DNA from: Nitrospirota bacterium
GTDB taxonomy: Bacteria > Nitrospirota > UBA9217
Direction: 5' to 3'
Length of the DNA: 64,000 nt
NCBI GenBank assembly: GCA_963840455.1
Contig: CAWIYV010000010.1
Span: 224,001-288,000, forward strand
Shown: piece after piece, positions 40,753 through 50,860 of the stretch
How positions within the stretch are numbered: the stretch's first letter is position 1
How the letters are laid out: each line of letters starts with the position of its first letter
The notes under the pieces: generated by a model
What the model was told of the DNA's origin: nothing
Databases searched by the model: none
Seen by the model: only the letters and a program-made list of their open reading frames with translations
Made by a program: the position numbers and the translations under genes

Positions 40753-41178
40753 ATGGTACAGAAAGCCAGCACCAAGCTGACCGATATGCTCCAGCAGGCG
40801 ATCGCACGGGAGATACAGGTGAGCGTGCAGTATATGTGGCAGCATATCATGGCAAAAGGCCTCGAATCGGCGGAGATCGCCGATGTCTTCGAGGATGCCG
40901 CGATCGAGGAGATGAAGCACGCCGAGAAGATCGCGGAGCGCATCTTCTACTTCGATGTCGCCCCCACCACCAAACCGTCGCCCATCGTCGTCGTGCCGGG
41001 CCTCAAGGAGATGCTCGAGGCAGATGCCAAGGCGGAAGAAGAGGCGATCGACCTCTACAAGGCCATCATCAAGCAGGCCGAATCCGAGGGCGACTCCACG
41101 ACCCGGCTCCTCTTCGAGCAGATCCTCGCCGACGAGGAACGGCATCACGACACCTTCACGACGCTGCTCGGGAAATAG
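40753..41178 (+). CDS. ferritin-like / bacterioferritin-related di-iron protein
   Basis: E...QY, EEMKH, E..AIDLY, DEERH di-iron ligands. Confidence 0.9.
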   Translation: MVQKASTKLTDMLQQAIAREIQVSVQYMWQHIMAKGLESAEIADVFEDAAIEEMKHAEKIAERIFYFDVAPTTKPSPIVVVPGLKEMLEADAKAEEEAIDLYKAIIKQAESEGDSTTRLLFEQILADEERHHDTFTTLLGK

Positions 41179-41210
41179 TTCCCGTCACCAGCACGACCGT
41201 CCCGCGAACA

Positions 41211-41246
41211 AGAAAAGGCCGAAGCTTCACGCTTCGGCCTTTTTCT
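41211..41246. terminator. bidirectional intrinsic terminator
   Basis: agaaaaggccgaagc-ttcac-gcttcggccttttt between convergent genes. Confidence 0.8.
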
Positions 41247-41268
41247 TCCCGATGGGACGAACCGCTCC

Positions 41269-42012
41269 TTATGCCCTTCCCATGCCGTAGATACGGTCAA
41301 GCAGATCCCTGTCCTCCAGCACTTTGGCGTGGAGCCACGGCATGTACTCCAGGGTAACGACGCCGTTCCATTCCAGCTCCTGCAGGCGGTCCAGGAGGTC
41401 GAGGCAGAAGTTGTCGCGCTCAACGGGCTGGAATTTCTTCGCGACGCCCTTGAGCTCGCGGTCGCGGGTCACCGCCGAAAGATGAAGGTTGACGATATGA
41501 GTATGGTAGCTTTCAATGACCCAGGTGATCTCCGGCTTGGGAAGATTCGAAGTGTCCAACACCATCGGCAGGCTTTCCTTCATGATCAGATCGGGCGTCA
41601 GGACCAGCTTTGAGTTCCACAGGGTCTCCACGGCGATAACGACCCGCGTGCGCTCCTGCAGATGCCTGATGTTCTCGACCACGGACAGATGGTCCAGGTC
41701 GCCGCTTTCTGGGCCCACGGCCTCGGGGTGGAAGACCGCGATGCCGGACCCCACGGCCTCGGCGAACTGGACGGCCTTCCCTGCCCAATCGATGAACTTG
41801 CCGTCGGCCAGATGTCCGTCAGGGGCGTGGACCGAGTAGACAGGAACCTGGTAGTCCCGGACCTGCCGCTCGATGTCCGGAAGGCGGTCCTTGTCCTTCA
41901 GGAACGCGTCAAGGTCCTGCGGCAAGGCCAGCTCGATGGGCACGCCCTGCAGCTTGCTGAGCCGCTCATCGCTGTTGATATACTCGATCTGTCTTCGAAT
42001 ACAGAAGTACAT
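41269..42012 (-). CDS. xylose isomerase-like TIM-barrel (sugar phosphate isomerase/epimerase family)
   Basis: SVHAP, VFHP, AVET, LDTS, NLHLS, TLEY pattern. Confidence 0.75.
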   Translation of the reverse strand: MYFCIRRQIEYINSDERLSKLQGVPIELALPQDLDAFLKDKDRLPDIERQVRDYQVPVYSVHAPDGHLADGKFIDWAGKAVQFAEAVGSGIAVFHPEAVGPESGDLDHLSVVENIRHLQERTRVVIAVETLWNSKLVLTPDLIMKESLPMVLDTSNLPKPEITWVIESYHTHIVNLHLSAVTRDRELKGVAKKFQPVERDNFCLDLLDRLQELEWNGVVTLEYMPWLHAKVLEDRDLLDRIYGMGRA

Positions 42013-42222
42013 TAGGTATTGTGGCCAGGCTTCCGGCGAAACTAAGCGGCTGCAACGGTCCGGAGGCGCGGCCGGAAGGCCGCGCTTGTGAAAAAAGATT
42101 ATAGCATTGACCCGGCTCATTTTGTTGTTTTTTTTACCATCGTCCGGATAGTGGGTCGGTCCGCCTTCAAGCATTTTCTATAGATTTATTAGGAATATTT
42201 ATGGGCATTTCCGGGTTTCTGC

Positions 42223-42251
42223 TTGACAAGAAACTGGCTTTCCGGTAGATT
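42223..42251 (+). promoter_or_regulatory. sigma70 promoter of atpBE
   Basis: TTGACA-17nt-TAGATT about 40 nt before the atpB ATG. Confidence 0.7.
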
Positions 42252-42291
42252 TTTCGAGCATAGCATCATCCCCCCAAGGAGCGCTCAGGTT

Positions 42292-42969
42292 ATGAAAGAA
42301 GGCCCTCTGCTGTTGCCGGAGATCCACGGAATTCCGGAGATCGTCACCTATACGTGGTTCGCCATGGCCGTGCTGATCGTGCTTGCCCTTGCGGCGCGCG
42401 CCAGCCTGAAAAGGACGGCGCCCACAGGCATTCAGAACGTGTTCGAGGTGATCTTCGAAGGCCTTGACAATTACATCGAAGAGATCATGGGACCCGACGG
42501 AAAACGGTACTTCCCGCTCATCGGCAGCCTCTTTCTCTTCATCCTGGTGTCCAACCTGCAGGGGCTGGTCCCGGGCTTCGAATCGCCCACCGGGAACATC
42601 AATACGACCGCGGCCCTGGCCATCACCGTGTTCTTCGCGACCCATATCATCGGCGTGTCGAGGCACGGCTTCTCGTACTTTAAGCACTTTGTGGGCCCCA
42701 TGGTGCTCCTGGCGCCGCTGATGATCCCCTTGGAGGTCATCAGCCACCTTGCCCGGCCTGTCTCTCTGGCATTCCGTCTCTTCGGCAACATGCTCGCGAA
42801 GCACAAGCTGCTCGTTGCGCTCCTCGCGCTGTCGCCCTTCGTGCCTGTGTTCATGGTCCTGGGCCTCGGTGTGTTCGTGGCCTTCGTCCAGGCGGGCGTG
42901 TTCACGCTCCTGACCATGCTGTACCTTGCCGGCGCCATCGAAGAAGCGCACGGCAGCGAACATCATTAG
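42292..42969 (+). CDS. atpB: F0F1 ATP synthase subunit a
   Basis: PTGIQNVFE, SPTGNINTT, RPVSLAFRLFGNM, QAGVFTLLTMLY. Confidence 0.96.
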   Translation: MKEGPLLLPEIHGIPEIVTYTWFAMAVLIVLALAARASLKRTAPTGIQNVFEVIFEGLDNYIEEIMGPDGKRYFPLIGSLFLFILVSNLQGLVPGFESPTGNINTTAALAITVFFATHIIGVSRHGFSYFKHFVGPMVLLAPLMIPLEVISHLARPVSLAFRLFGNMLAKHKLLVALLALSPFVPVFMVLGLGVFVAFVQAGVFTLLTMLYLAGAIEEAHGSEHH

Positions 42970-43120
42970 AAGACCCGCTTGCAGGCCTGCAAGCTGACAA
43001 GCTGGAAAGCTTAAGTCACCCTGGCGAACGCTGTTCCCGCGAATGCGGGAGTCGCCTGGAGGTAGCAACCCGGCACGATTCCGGCCAGAAGTCTATATTG
43101 AGAAGAAAGGAGAGAAATCG

Positions 43121-43432
43121 ATGAAAAAGCTCGCAGTTCTCGTTCTGACCCTCAGCCTGGTCCTCGTCGCCGCCGTTGCGTTCGCGGCCGAAGGAGCAGC
43201 CCCTGCAGCGGCAACCGGCGGCCTGACCACTGGCGTGGCAGCGCTCTTCGCCATCGCCATCGCGGCGTTCGGCGGCAGCCTCGGCATGGGCCTGAGCATC
43301 AGCAAGGCGGTCGAAGGCATCGCGCGCAATCCCGAAGCCTCCGGCAAGATCATGACCACCATGATCATCGGTCTGGCGCTGATCGAATCGCTGGCCATCT
43401 ACACGCTGGTCATCATCTTCATCAAGGCGTAA
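43121..43432 (+). CDS. atpE: F0F1 ATP synthase subunit c with signal-peptide-like N-terminal extension
   Basis: GIARNPEA loop, GLALIESLAIY. Confidence 0.96.
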   Translation: MKKLAVLVLTLSLVLVAAVAFAAEGAAPAAATGGLTTGVAALFAIAIAAFGGSLGMGLSISKAVEGIARNPEASGKIMTTMIIGLALIESLAIYTLVIIFIKA

Positions 43433-43457
43433 GCCAGACCAGCGAGAGCAGTACCCG

Positions 43458-43491
43458 AAGAGGGGACGGTGAGAACCGTCCCCTCTTTTTT
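43458..43491 (+). terminator. intrinsic terminator of atpBE
   Basis: aagaggggacggt-gaga-accgtcccctcttttttt-type hairpin followed by a U-tract. Confidence 0.85.
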
Positions 43492-43492
43492 A

Positions 43493-43524
43493 TTGAAGAT
43501 CCCTGCAGCTTGCAGGGATCTTAA
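43493..43524. repeat. family A element reduced to a single hairpin
   Basis: TTGAAGATCCCTGCAGCTTGCAGGGATCTTAA. Confidence 0.6.
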
Positions 43525-43745
43525 GCAGGACTGTGCACAAGCATGCGGATGCAGTCATGGCCGATGACATCACCAATTTCTGTTCCGCCTGATCCTCGTT
43601 CATCGGACCTTATCCATGTCCCTTTGATTTGCTTTTCTTCTGGCGTTCGAAGTATCATCGCGGTTTTTTCCCTTTTTCCCTCCTCCCCTTTGCGGTATAA
43701 TAACGCCTCGATTCCGACCATTATCAAAGGAGCATCACTATCATC

Positions 43746-45185
43746 ATGAATACCGTTCGCGTAAGGTTCGCGCCCAGCCCCACCGGCGCGCTGCATATCG
43801 GCGGCGTCCGCACCGCGCTTTTCAACTGGCTCTTTGCCCGCCATCACAAGGGAGCCTTCATCCTCCGCATCGAGGACACGGACCAGGCGCGGTCCACGGA
43901 CGAGTCCATCAAGATCATCATCGACGGCATGAAGTGGCTCGGCATGGACTGGGACGAGGGTCCGTCCGTATTGTCGGACGGAGCGGTCAAAGGGCACCGT
44001 CAGACCGAGCGCATGGACATCTACCGCGAGTACGCTGACCGCCTCTTACGTGATAACAAGGCATATTATTGCTACTGCTCGCCGGAAGAGCTCGACATGC
44101 GGCGCAAGAAGGCCATGGCGGCCGGGAAGGCGCCCAAGTACGACCGAAAGTGCCTCGGCATGAAGGAGCCGGTCGCAGGGCGGATGCCGGTGCTCAGGTT
44201 CCTGTCCTCCGATGAGGGCGAGACCGTGGTGCGCGATCTGATCCGCGGAGCAGTGACCTTCGAGAACAAACAGCTCGACGACCTGATCATCATGCGTTCC
44301 GACGGGTTCCCGACCTACAACTTCGCCGTCGTGGTGGACGACGTGACCATGAAGATCTCCCATGTGATCCGCGGCGACGACCACCTGAACAACACGCCCC
44401 GCCAGATCCAGATCTACCGGGCGCTGGGGTACGAGCCTCCGGAGTTCGCCCATCTTCCCATGATCCTCGGGTCGGACAAGACGAAACTATCAAAGCGCCA
44501 CGGCGCGACCGCGGTCACCGAATATATCGACCTGGGTTATCTTCCCGAGTCGCTCGTCAACTATCTTTCCCGGCTCGGCTGGTCCCACGGTGACCAAGAG
44601 ATCTTCTCCCGCCAGGAGCTGATCGAGAAGTTCACGCTCGACAGCGTGGGCAAGGCGCCGTCGGTCTTCAATCCTGAAAAGCTGCTCTGGCTGAATCACC
44701 ACTACATCCAGCAGGCGGACCATGGCAGGCTGGCGGGGCTCGTGCTCGATCTCCTGAAGAAGGACGGCATTGTGCAGGACGGCAAAGAGCCTGACGCTGC
44801 TTGGATGAAGAGTCTCGTCAAGATACTGACGGAGCGCAGCCACACGCTCGTCGAGATGAAAACAGGCGCAATCCCGTTCGTCCAGGATGAGATCGCCATG
44901 GACGAGAAGGCAAAGACCAAGCACCTGACGCCCGATGTGGCCCCGCTCCTGATTGAGCTTGCAGGGGCGCTCAAGGCACTTGAGCCCTTCGTCCATGACA
45001 CGATCGAGAAGGCCTTCAACGATCTCGTGGCCGCAAAAGGCATCAAGCTCGGCAAGCTCGCCCAGCCCGTGCGCGTGGCCTTGACCGGCGGGACCGTAAG
45101 CCCCGGCATCTTCGACGTCATCGAGGTCATGGGGAAGGACAAGGTGGTCCGCAGGATAGAGGCGGCGGTTCATCTGATCAGTTAA
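43746..45185 (+). CDS. gltX: glutamate--tRNA ligase
   Basis: [25 protein letters not shown]. Confidence 0.98.
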   Translation: MNTVRVRFAPSPTGALHIGGVRTALFNWLFARHHKGAFILRIEDTDQARSTDESIKIIIDGMKWLGMDWDEGPSVLSDGAVKGHRQTERMDIYREYADRLLRDNKAYYCYCSPEELDMRRKKAMAAGKAPKYDRKCLGMKEPVAGRMPVLRFLSSDEGETVVRDLIRGAVTFENKQLDDLIIMRSDGFPTYNFAVVVDDVTMKISHVIRGDDHLNNTPRQIQIYRALGYEPPEFAHLPMILGSDKTKLSKRHGATAVTEYIDLGYLPESLVNYLSRLGWSHGDQEIFSRQELIEKFTLDSVGKAPSVFNPEKLLWLNHHYIQQADHGRLAGLVLDLLKKDGIVQDGKEPDAAWMKSLVKILTERSHTLVEMKTGAIPFVQDEIAMDEKAKTKHLTPDVAPLLIELAGALKALEPFVHDTIEKAFNDLVAAKGIKLGKLAQPVRVALTGGTVSPGIFDVIEVMGKDKVVRRIEAAVHLIS

Positions 45186-45345
45186 GCAGAACAGACAAGG
45201 GCCGGACCCCCGATGCAACGATTGGACGCGGATGAACGCGGATAGAATCCGAGTCTTAGGTTCTTGCGTCAGTGATTCATAATAGGTTGTGTTGTCAGCC
45301 GTGATCATATCTGATCCGCGTCCAAGTGATCTTGCAGGATTAGCC

Positions 45346-46128
45346 ATGCCAGACCTCATGCCGCTCCTGTTCGTCGGTCACGGTTCGCCGATGAACATCA
45401 TCCAGCAGAACGATTTTACCGAGAGCCTCCGGAAGGCAGGAACAGCGCTGCCGAAGCCCCGCCTCATCCTCTGCGTCTCCGCCCACTGGGTGACCGACGG
45501 CACCTTCGTCACCGGCGCGTCCAAGCCGAAGCAGATCTATGACTTCTACGGCTTCCCGGACGAGCTCTACCAGGTCGCTTATCGTGCAGCCGGCTCCCCG
45601 AAGGACGCGGAATATATTACAAAGCTCGGCAAGAACATCCCGGTCTCGCCCGATGACCATTGGGGCATCGACCACGGCACCTGGGCGGTCCTGCATCACC
45701 TCTATCCCGGGCACGGCATCCCGGTCATCCAGCTGAGCCTCGACGGCAACAAGGAAGAAGATGAGCACTACCGCCTCGCGTCATTCCTCCAGCCGCTCCG
45801 GTCCGAGGGTGTGCTCATCATCGGGAGCGGCAACATCGTGCACAACCTGCGGCTCATCAGCTGGCAGCAGTTCGGCGAGGAGCCCTTTCCCTGGGCGAGG
45901 AAGTTCGACGAGCAGGTGAAAGATGCGCTGGCACGGAAGGATGATGATCTCCTGATCAACTTCGACAGCCGTGACCGGGACATGGGATTCCATGCTGTCC
46001 CGACCAACGAGCATTACCTGCCGCTTCTATATATCGCCGCTCTTCGCGGCAAAGTAGAGAACGTCGAATATATTCATGAAGGCTTTCAGCATCGCTCAGT
46101 ATCGATGCGGAGCTTCATCGTACGTTAA
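45346..46128 (+). CDS. ygiD: 4,5-DOPA extradiol dioxygenase (YgiD/LigB family)
   Basis: FVGHGSPMN, SAHW, YDFYGFP, DHGTW, GSGNIVHNL, EHYLPL. Confidence 0.92.
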   Translation: MPDLMPLLFVGHGSPMNIIQQNDFTESLRKAGTALPKPRLILCVSAHWVTDGTFVTGASKPKQIYDFYGFPDELYQVAYRAAGSPKDAEYITKLGKNIPVSPDDHWGIDHGTWAVLHHLYPGHGIPVIQLSLDGNKEEDEHYRLASFLQPLRSEGVLIIGSGNIVHNLRLISWQQFGEEPFPWARKFDEQVKDALARKDDDLLINFDSRDRDMGFHAVPTNEHYLPLLYIAALRGKVENVEYIHEGFQHRSVSMRSFIVR

Positions 46129-46140
46129 AGGCGGAAAAAG

Positions 46141-46482
46141 ATGACCGGTCCTGACCCGAGAACGCACGCTGTTATGAACGTCGAAAAAGGCGAGAAAGGA
46201 GCAGGCCTCTGGGCGACGCCGCAGATACCGGACATCGGGATCTACAAGCTGGCCGTGAAAAAACGGCTGGACGGTAAATTCGAGTGGGTCCACTTCCAGC
46301 ACCGTTTGGACGGCACGCGCAAGGTCCTGCTCCGGGGCGAGATAGAGTCCAAGGACCGGCTCTCCGCTGTTCTGGAGGTGACGAACAGCACGCTCTTGCG
46401 CATCTATGGCGTCATCATGCAGGTCGCCGACTTCTCCGCATCAACGACGGACGGCAAGAAGTTCGACGGCCCTGTGCAATGA
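46141..46482 (+). CDS. hypothetical protein
   Basis: 113-aa ORF in operon position; its stop overlaps the next start (ATGA). Confidence 0.7.
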   Translation: MTGPDPRTHAVMNVEKGEKGAGLWATPQIPDIGIYKLAVKKRLDGKFEWVHFQHRLDGTRKVLLRGEIESKDRLSAVLEVTNSTLLRIYGVIMQVADFSASTTDGKKFDGPVQ

Positions 46483-46988
46483 ATATCCAGAATCGTTTTT
46501 CTCTCGCTTGCATGCGGCTCTGCATTGAAAAGAAAACGCTCCTCTCCGGTGAAGTCCACACCTACCCCTGCGAGCTGCTCCATTACGAGAGCGGCTCGGG
46601 CATCCTGCGGTATGTCATCGACCGGAAGTATGACATCCATGGAGTGAAACTCTCACCCGGGGACGAGACCATCGCCCTGTACTGGGAAGGAAGGCCCTAT
46701 ACCTTGTACGTCTGGCGCAGGCGAGCGAAGAAGGACACGACGTACTATTTCAACATCGCCGACCGTATATCGCTCACGCCGCAGGAATTCATCTGGCGTG
46801 ATCTTGCCGTGGACATCCTCGTGGACAGCAGGGGCGTCCATGTCCTTGACGAGGACGAGCTTCCTTCTGGTCTTGATGCTGGTTTCCTTCATTCCATCCG
46901 GGAAGCGCAGGCGCATATCCTCAGCAACTACCCCCGCATCATCGACGAAGCTGTCTCAAAACTGCTCTCTTTCGCACCTCCGTGCTAG
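46479..46988 (+). CDS. DUF402-like protein
   Basis: YYFNIAD, WRDLAVDILV, VLDEDEL pattern. Confidence 0.7.
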   Translation: MNIQNRFSLACMRLCIEKKTLLSGEVHTYPCELLHYESGSGILRYVIDRKYDIHGVKLSPGDETIALYWEGRPYTLYVWRRRAKKDTTYYFNIADRISLTPQEFIWRDLAVDILVDSRGVHVLDEDELPSGLDAGFLHSIREAQAHILSNYPRIIDEAVSKLLSFAPPC

Positions 46989-47043
46989 GGATCCTTCACT
47001 CTTCTCTGTTTTGCATTGTTAAATCGCTCGCTTTACGCTACAA

Positions 47044-47334
47044 TTGTCCGTGCGGCTCGACCTGTTCCTGAAGACCACCCGGCTGGTGAAACGAAGGACC
47101 GTGGCGCAGGAAATGTGCGATGCAGGAAAGGTGCTGGTGAATGGCAGCCCTGCCAAATCGGCAAAGGAGGTCAGGCCCGGTGACATCCTGCGGTTATCGT
47201 ACGCTTCGCGGACCATCGACATCGAGGTCCTCGGCGTCCCGGCATCGTCGAAAAATATCAAGACCCCTCCGGAAGAACTGTACCGGGTGACCAGAGACCA
47301 GCGGCTGCAGCGGGAAGATCGCTTGCCCGGATGA
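47044..47334 (+). CDS. S4-domain RNA-binding protein (Hsp15/YabO-like)
   Basis: RLDLFLK..RLVKRRTVAQEMC..GKVLVNG..AKSAKEVRPGD. Confidence 0.9.
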   Translation: MSVRLDLFLKTTRLVKRRTVAQEMCDAGKVLVNGSPAKSAKEVRPGDILRLSYASRTIDIEVLGVPASSKNIKTPPEELYRVTRDQRLQREDRLPG

Positions 47335-47476
47335 ACCGGAACAAGACCTTGGAACCGCGGCGTGCGATGGTTTGACGATATTTCAGAAAAGCACAGGCTC
47401 CAGGGTTTTCTTCCGCTTTGCGTGCTTCGCGGTAAACGGGTTTTGTCACACTCCATAAGCAGGGTTCAGGGTGAAG

Positions 47477-47594
47477 TTGAAACTCCCTGCACCAAGCTGC
47501 GGGGAGTCTTCGATCCTCAAGGTTGTACTTTTATTCAAATCGCTCACATTCCCCGCAGCAAGCTACCGGGGAATGCGCTCGCTCCTGGATTCAA
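47477..47594 (+). repeat. family A element ending immediately before the pdxA ATG
   Basis: TTGAAACTCCCTGCACCAAGCTGCGGGGAGTCTTCGATCC...CCCCGCAGCAAGCTACCGGGGAATGCGCTCGCTCCTGGATTCAA. Confidence 0.9.
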
Positions 47595-47595
47595 T

Positions 47596-48615
47596 ATGAA
47601 TAAAAAACCCCTCATTGCATTGACCATGGGCGACCCGGCGGGCATAGGGCCGGAGATCATCGCCAAGGTCTTCGACACCGGCGAGGTCTTTTCTCACTGC
47701 CGTCCGGTCATCGTCGGCAACGCCGGCGTCATGAAGAAGATCGTCGAGGACCTGCGCCTCTCGGTCTACATACGCACCATCGGCACCATCGCTGAGGCCG
47801 ATCCGGCTTCCGGCAAGGCCGACGTCCTGCACCTCGCCAACGTTGACCTCGCGAAGCACCTTTGGGGCCGGCCGAACGCAGCGTCGGGGAAAGCGGTCGT
47901 CGAGTACATCAAGCTGGCAGCAGAGCTTGCGATGTCGCGGAAGGTCGACGCCATCGTAACGGCGCCGATCAACAAGGAACTGATGAATGCGGCCGGGTTC
48001 GACTATAGCGGCCATACGGAGCTCCTGGCGAGCCTTACCAACAGCACGAACTACGGAATGATGTTCGTCGGCGGCGGGCTCAAGCTCATCCTCGTGACGA
48101 TCCACCACGCGATCACCGACCTCCCCCGGCTCATCACCCGTGACCGCGTGCTCAGGACCATCAGGCTGGCGCATGCTGCCATGCAGGGGTTCGGCATCGA
48201 GAAGCCGCGCATCGGCGTTGCCGCGTTCAATCCCCATGCCAGTGAGGGCGGCCTCTTCGGCCACGAGGAATTGAATGAGATTCTTCCCGCCGTGCTCGAA
48301 GCGCGTGGTGAAGGCATCGACGCCAGCGACCCCCTTCCGGCCGACACGCTGTTCTTCAAGGCAAGGAACAACTACTTCGACATCGTGGTCGCCATGTACC
48401 ATGACCAGGGCCTGGCCCCTTTGAAGATGCTCGCCTTCGGCAACGCCGTGAACGTCACCGTCGGCCTTCCGATCATCCGCACGTCTGTTGACCACGGCAC
48501 GGCCTACGACATCGCCGGAAAAGGGTGTGCTGATCCGACCAGCCTGCTCGAGGCCGTCAAGCTCGCCGCACAGATATCAAAACAGCAAAAGAGTCCCGGT
48601 GAGGAGCGCGCATGA
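47596..48615 (+). CDS. pdxA: 4-hydroxythreonine-4-phosphate dehydrogenase
   Basis: MGDPAGIGPE, TAPINK, GHTE, NPHA, MYHDQG, RTSVDHGTA. Confidence 0.96.
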   Translation: MNKKPLIALTMGDPAGIGPEIIAKVFDTGEVFSHCRPVIVGNAGVMKKIVEDLRLSVYIRTIGTIAEADPASGKADVLHLANVDLAKHLWGRPNAASGKAVVEYIKLAAELAMSRKVDAIVTAPINKELMNAAGFDYSGHTELLASLTNSTNYGMMFVGGGLKLILVTIHHAITDLPRLITRDRVLRTIRLAHAAMQGFGIEKPRIGVAAFNPHASEGGLFGHEELNEILPAVLEARGEGIDASDPLPADTLFFKARNNYFDIVVAMYHDQGLAPLKMLAFGNAVNVTVGLPIIRTSVDHGTAYDIAGKGCADPTSLLEAVKLAAQISKQQKSPGEERA

Positions 48616-48790
48616 GCGGCCAGCCCTCACTTTTTCTCACCCGCCCCCATCTCTTCGCCGTGATCTTTTTCGCGATCTTCATCTTTCTGCTCTACCAGAT
48701 GACGGGGCTCCTTGCGCCATTTTCCTCGTCCCTTCTGTGGGCGGCGATCATCGCGCTTGCACTGGCCCCGCTCTACCACCGCGTGGAAAT
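48612..48790 (+). pseudogene. truncated AI-2E-family transporter N-terminus
   Basis: LLAPFSSSLLWAAIIALALAPLYHR resembles the AI-2E/YdiK N-terminus, then breaks off into repeat DNA. Confidence 0.55.
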
Positions 48791-48966
48791 AGGAACAGAG
48801 ACTTATCGGGCAAAGCATTGCGCCACAGAGGGCATGGCCGCAGGCCACAGGCAGAGTTCAACGGGATAGGCCGAAGGACCGGTATTTGTTATTCCTCGGT
48901 GTGCTCGGTGAGCTTTGTGGCAGATGAATTCTGCTCTTGTTTGCATCGGGAAGGAGAATGGGGAGA

Positions 48967-49650
48967 ATGGAAGATCTTGCTAAATCCGACACATGGCGGG
49001 TGTTCCGCATCATGGCGGAGCTGGTCGAAGGATTTGAGGCGCTGAACGGCATCGGACCGGCGGTGACCGTCTTCGGCAGTTCGCGGCTCCAGCCCGGCTC
49101 GCCGTACTACAACAAGTGCCTGAAGGTCACGGAAAACCTCGCGAAGAGCGGCTTCACCGTCATCTCCGGCGGTGGTCCCGGTATCATGGAGGCCGCGAAC
49201 AAGGGGGCTCAGAACGGCAACGGGATCTCCGTGGGGCTGAACATCGCGCTCCCCCATGAGCAGTCGGCGAATCCTTTCCAGGACATCAAGGTCGAGTTCC
49301 GCTACTTCTTCGTCCGAAAACTGATGTTCGTGAAATACGCGGTGGGATATGTCATCTTTCCGGGCGGGTTCGGGACCATGGACGAACTGTTCGAGGCGCT
49401 CACGCTCATCCAGACCAAGAAGATCCGGAGCTTTCCGGTGATCCTGGTGGGGAGGCAATACTGGGCGGGAATGATCGACTGGATGAGGACCGCCGTCCAG
49501 GGCATGGGGAATATTGACGCCGGGGACCTGGACCTCTTTCATGTGGTCGAAGAACCCGAAGAGGTCTGCGAGATCATATTCCGGCGGTACAAGGACCGGA
49601 CAGCGGCATTTCCCAGCGACAAGCGCGCGTCCCACCGCAAGGGCGTGTAG
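48967..49650 (+). CDS. LOG family (TIGR00730) nucleotide phosphoribohydrolase
   Basis: VTVFGSSR, GGGPGIMEA, FFVRK, PGGFGTMDE. Confidence 0.95.
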   Translation: MEDLAKSDTWRVFRIMAELVEGFEALNGIGPAVTVFGSSRLQPGSPYYNKCLKVTENLAKSGFTVISGGGPGIMEAANKGAQNGNGISVGLNIALPHEQSANPFQDIKVEFRYFFVRKLMFVKYAVGYVIFPGGFGTMDELFEALTLIQTKKIRSFPVILVGRQYWAGMIDWMRTAVQGMGNIDAGDLDLFHVVEEPEEVCEIIFRRYKDRTAAFPSDKRASHRKGV

Positions 49651-49668
49651 CGATCCGCTCGGGCGGCG

Positions 49669-50406
49669 CTACGGCTCATTTTCCCATTTTTTCCTTCGTT
49701 TTTCCGCGCGGACCTTCCGATGGTGCCTGGCCCGATGCATGCGGAACCACGCCTCGATGTTCTGCCGGTAGATCATGACCAGCAGGATGGCGGCGATGCC
49801 GATGCCGACCACCGTGAAGAACGCCCCATACCGAGCGTCGCGGAAGAACGTCCCGCCGACGGTCAGGAGCGTCGTGCCGAGGAGCCTCCCACTGGTCGAC
49901 ACAAGCAGGAAATCCCGCTGACCCATGTGCCCCAGTCCCAGCACGTAGCACAGGATGTCCTTGGGAAAACCCGGGACCAGGAACATGATGAAGGCCAGGA
50001 ACAGTCCCTTGTGCTTCATCACATAGTCGTACCGCTTGATGACCTCGGCGTTCACAAACACCTCGACAAGGTGCCGTCCCAGCATCCGCGCTATCAGGAA
50101 CGCTATCCAGGAGCCGATAGCCAGCCCGATGGTCGAGTAGACGATCCCCCAGAAGTTTCCGAAGAAATACCCTCCCACGAAACCCGTTACCTCACCCGGC
50201 ACAGGCGCGGCCACGACCTGGAGAGCCTGCAGGCCGATGAAGATGAGCGCGGCATTCGCGCGGTGCTCATGGATGAGCATCGTCATCCGGCGCCGGTCCA
50301 GGAACAGATCGATCAGGCCGAATGAGTACAGCAGGTAGGTCCCTACGGTGAGCAGTGTGCCAATGAGCAGGAGCTGGATGATGGATTTTCTGTCGAGTTT
50401 GAACAT
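49669..50406 (-). CDS. TVP38/TMEM64 (DedA/VTT) membrane protein
   Basis: QVVAAPVPGE, FLVPGFPKD, GRLLG. Confidence 0.9.
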   Translation of the reverse strand: MFKLDRKSIIQLLLIGTLLTVGTYLLYSFGLIDLFLDRRRMTMLIHEHRANAALIFIGLQALQVVAAPVPGEVTGFVGGYFFGNFWGIVYSTIGLAIGSWIAFLIARMLGRHLVEVFVNAEVIKRYDYVMKHKGLFLAFIMFLVPGFPKDILCYVLGLGHMGQRDFLLVSTSGRLLGTTLLTVGGTFFRDARYGAFFTVVGIGIAAILLVMIYRQNIEAWFRMHRARHHRKVRAEKRRKKWENEP

Positions 50407-50425
50407 GGCTGATAACGCGGTCAGG

Positions 50426-50713
50426 TCATTTCTTGAACAGGTCGTCCAATGCCTTTCGGGCATTTTCAGGACCGTCTCCGGTTCGAGAACCCGCCGCAGC
50501 TTCAGCGAACAGGAAAAGGTCGCAATGGTTGGCCTTGTCCTTCTCCCGCACCAGCTCCGCGATCGGCTCGCGGCACTGCTTCGGCGCCGTCCGGTCGAAG
50601 AACCGGCAGTTCAAGCAGCAACGCAGGTCGGCATGGCAATAAGGGCACTCGTCCCTGCGACCGATCTCGCGTGCGAGGGCAAGCTCCTTCTTGCATGCGT
50701 GGCAGACCTTCAT
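50426..50713 (-). CDS. small Cys-rich (zinc-ribbon-like) hypothetical protein
   Basis: CxxC, CxxC, CCxxC, C, C pattern; ends ARKALDDLFKK. Confidence 0.8.
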   Translation of the reverse strand: MKVCHACKKELALAREIGRRDECPYCHADLRCCLNCRFFDRTAPKQCREPIAELVREKDKANHCDLFLFAEAAAGSRTGDGPENARKALDDLFKK

Positions 50714-50791
50714 GACTGGTTCTACTATATATCATCGCCTTTTGTTAGGCAAGAGCAATGGCCCGCATTTGCCCGTAAGGGTGCTGGACGC

Positions 50792-50825
50792 AAAAAAAGC
50801 AGGGCTGTATAGACCAGCCCTGCTT
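50792..50825 (-). terminator. intrinsic terminator of the surface-protein operon
   Basis: agcagggctg-tatagac-cagccctgct hairpin with a U-tract on the minus strand. Confidence 0.75.
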
Positions 50826-50860
50826 CGTGCGGTGTCAATGTGAGAATTTGACTCCTTCGC

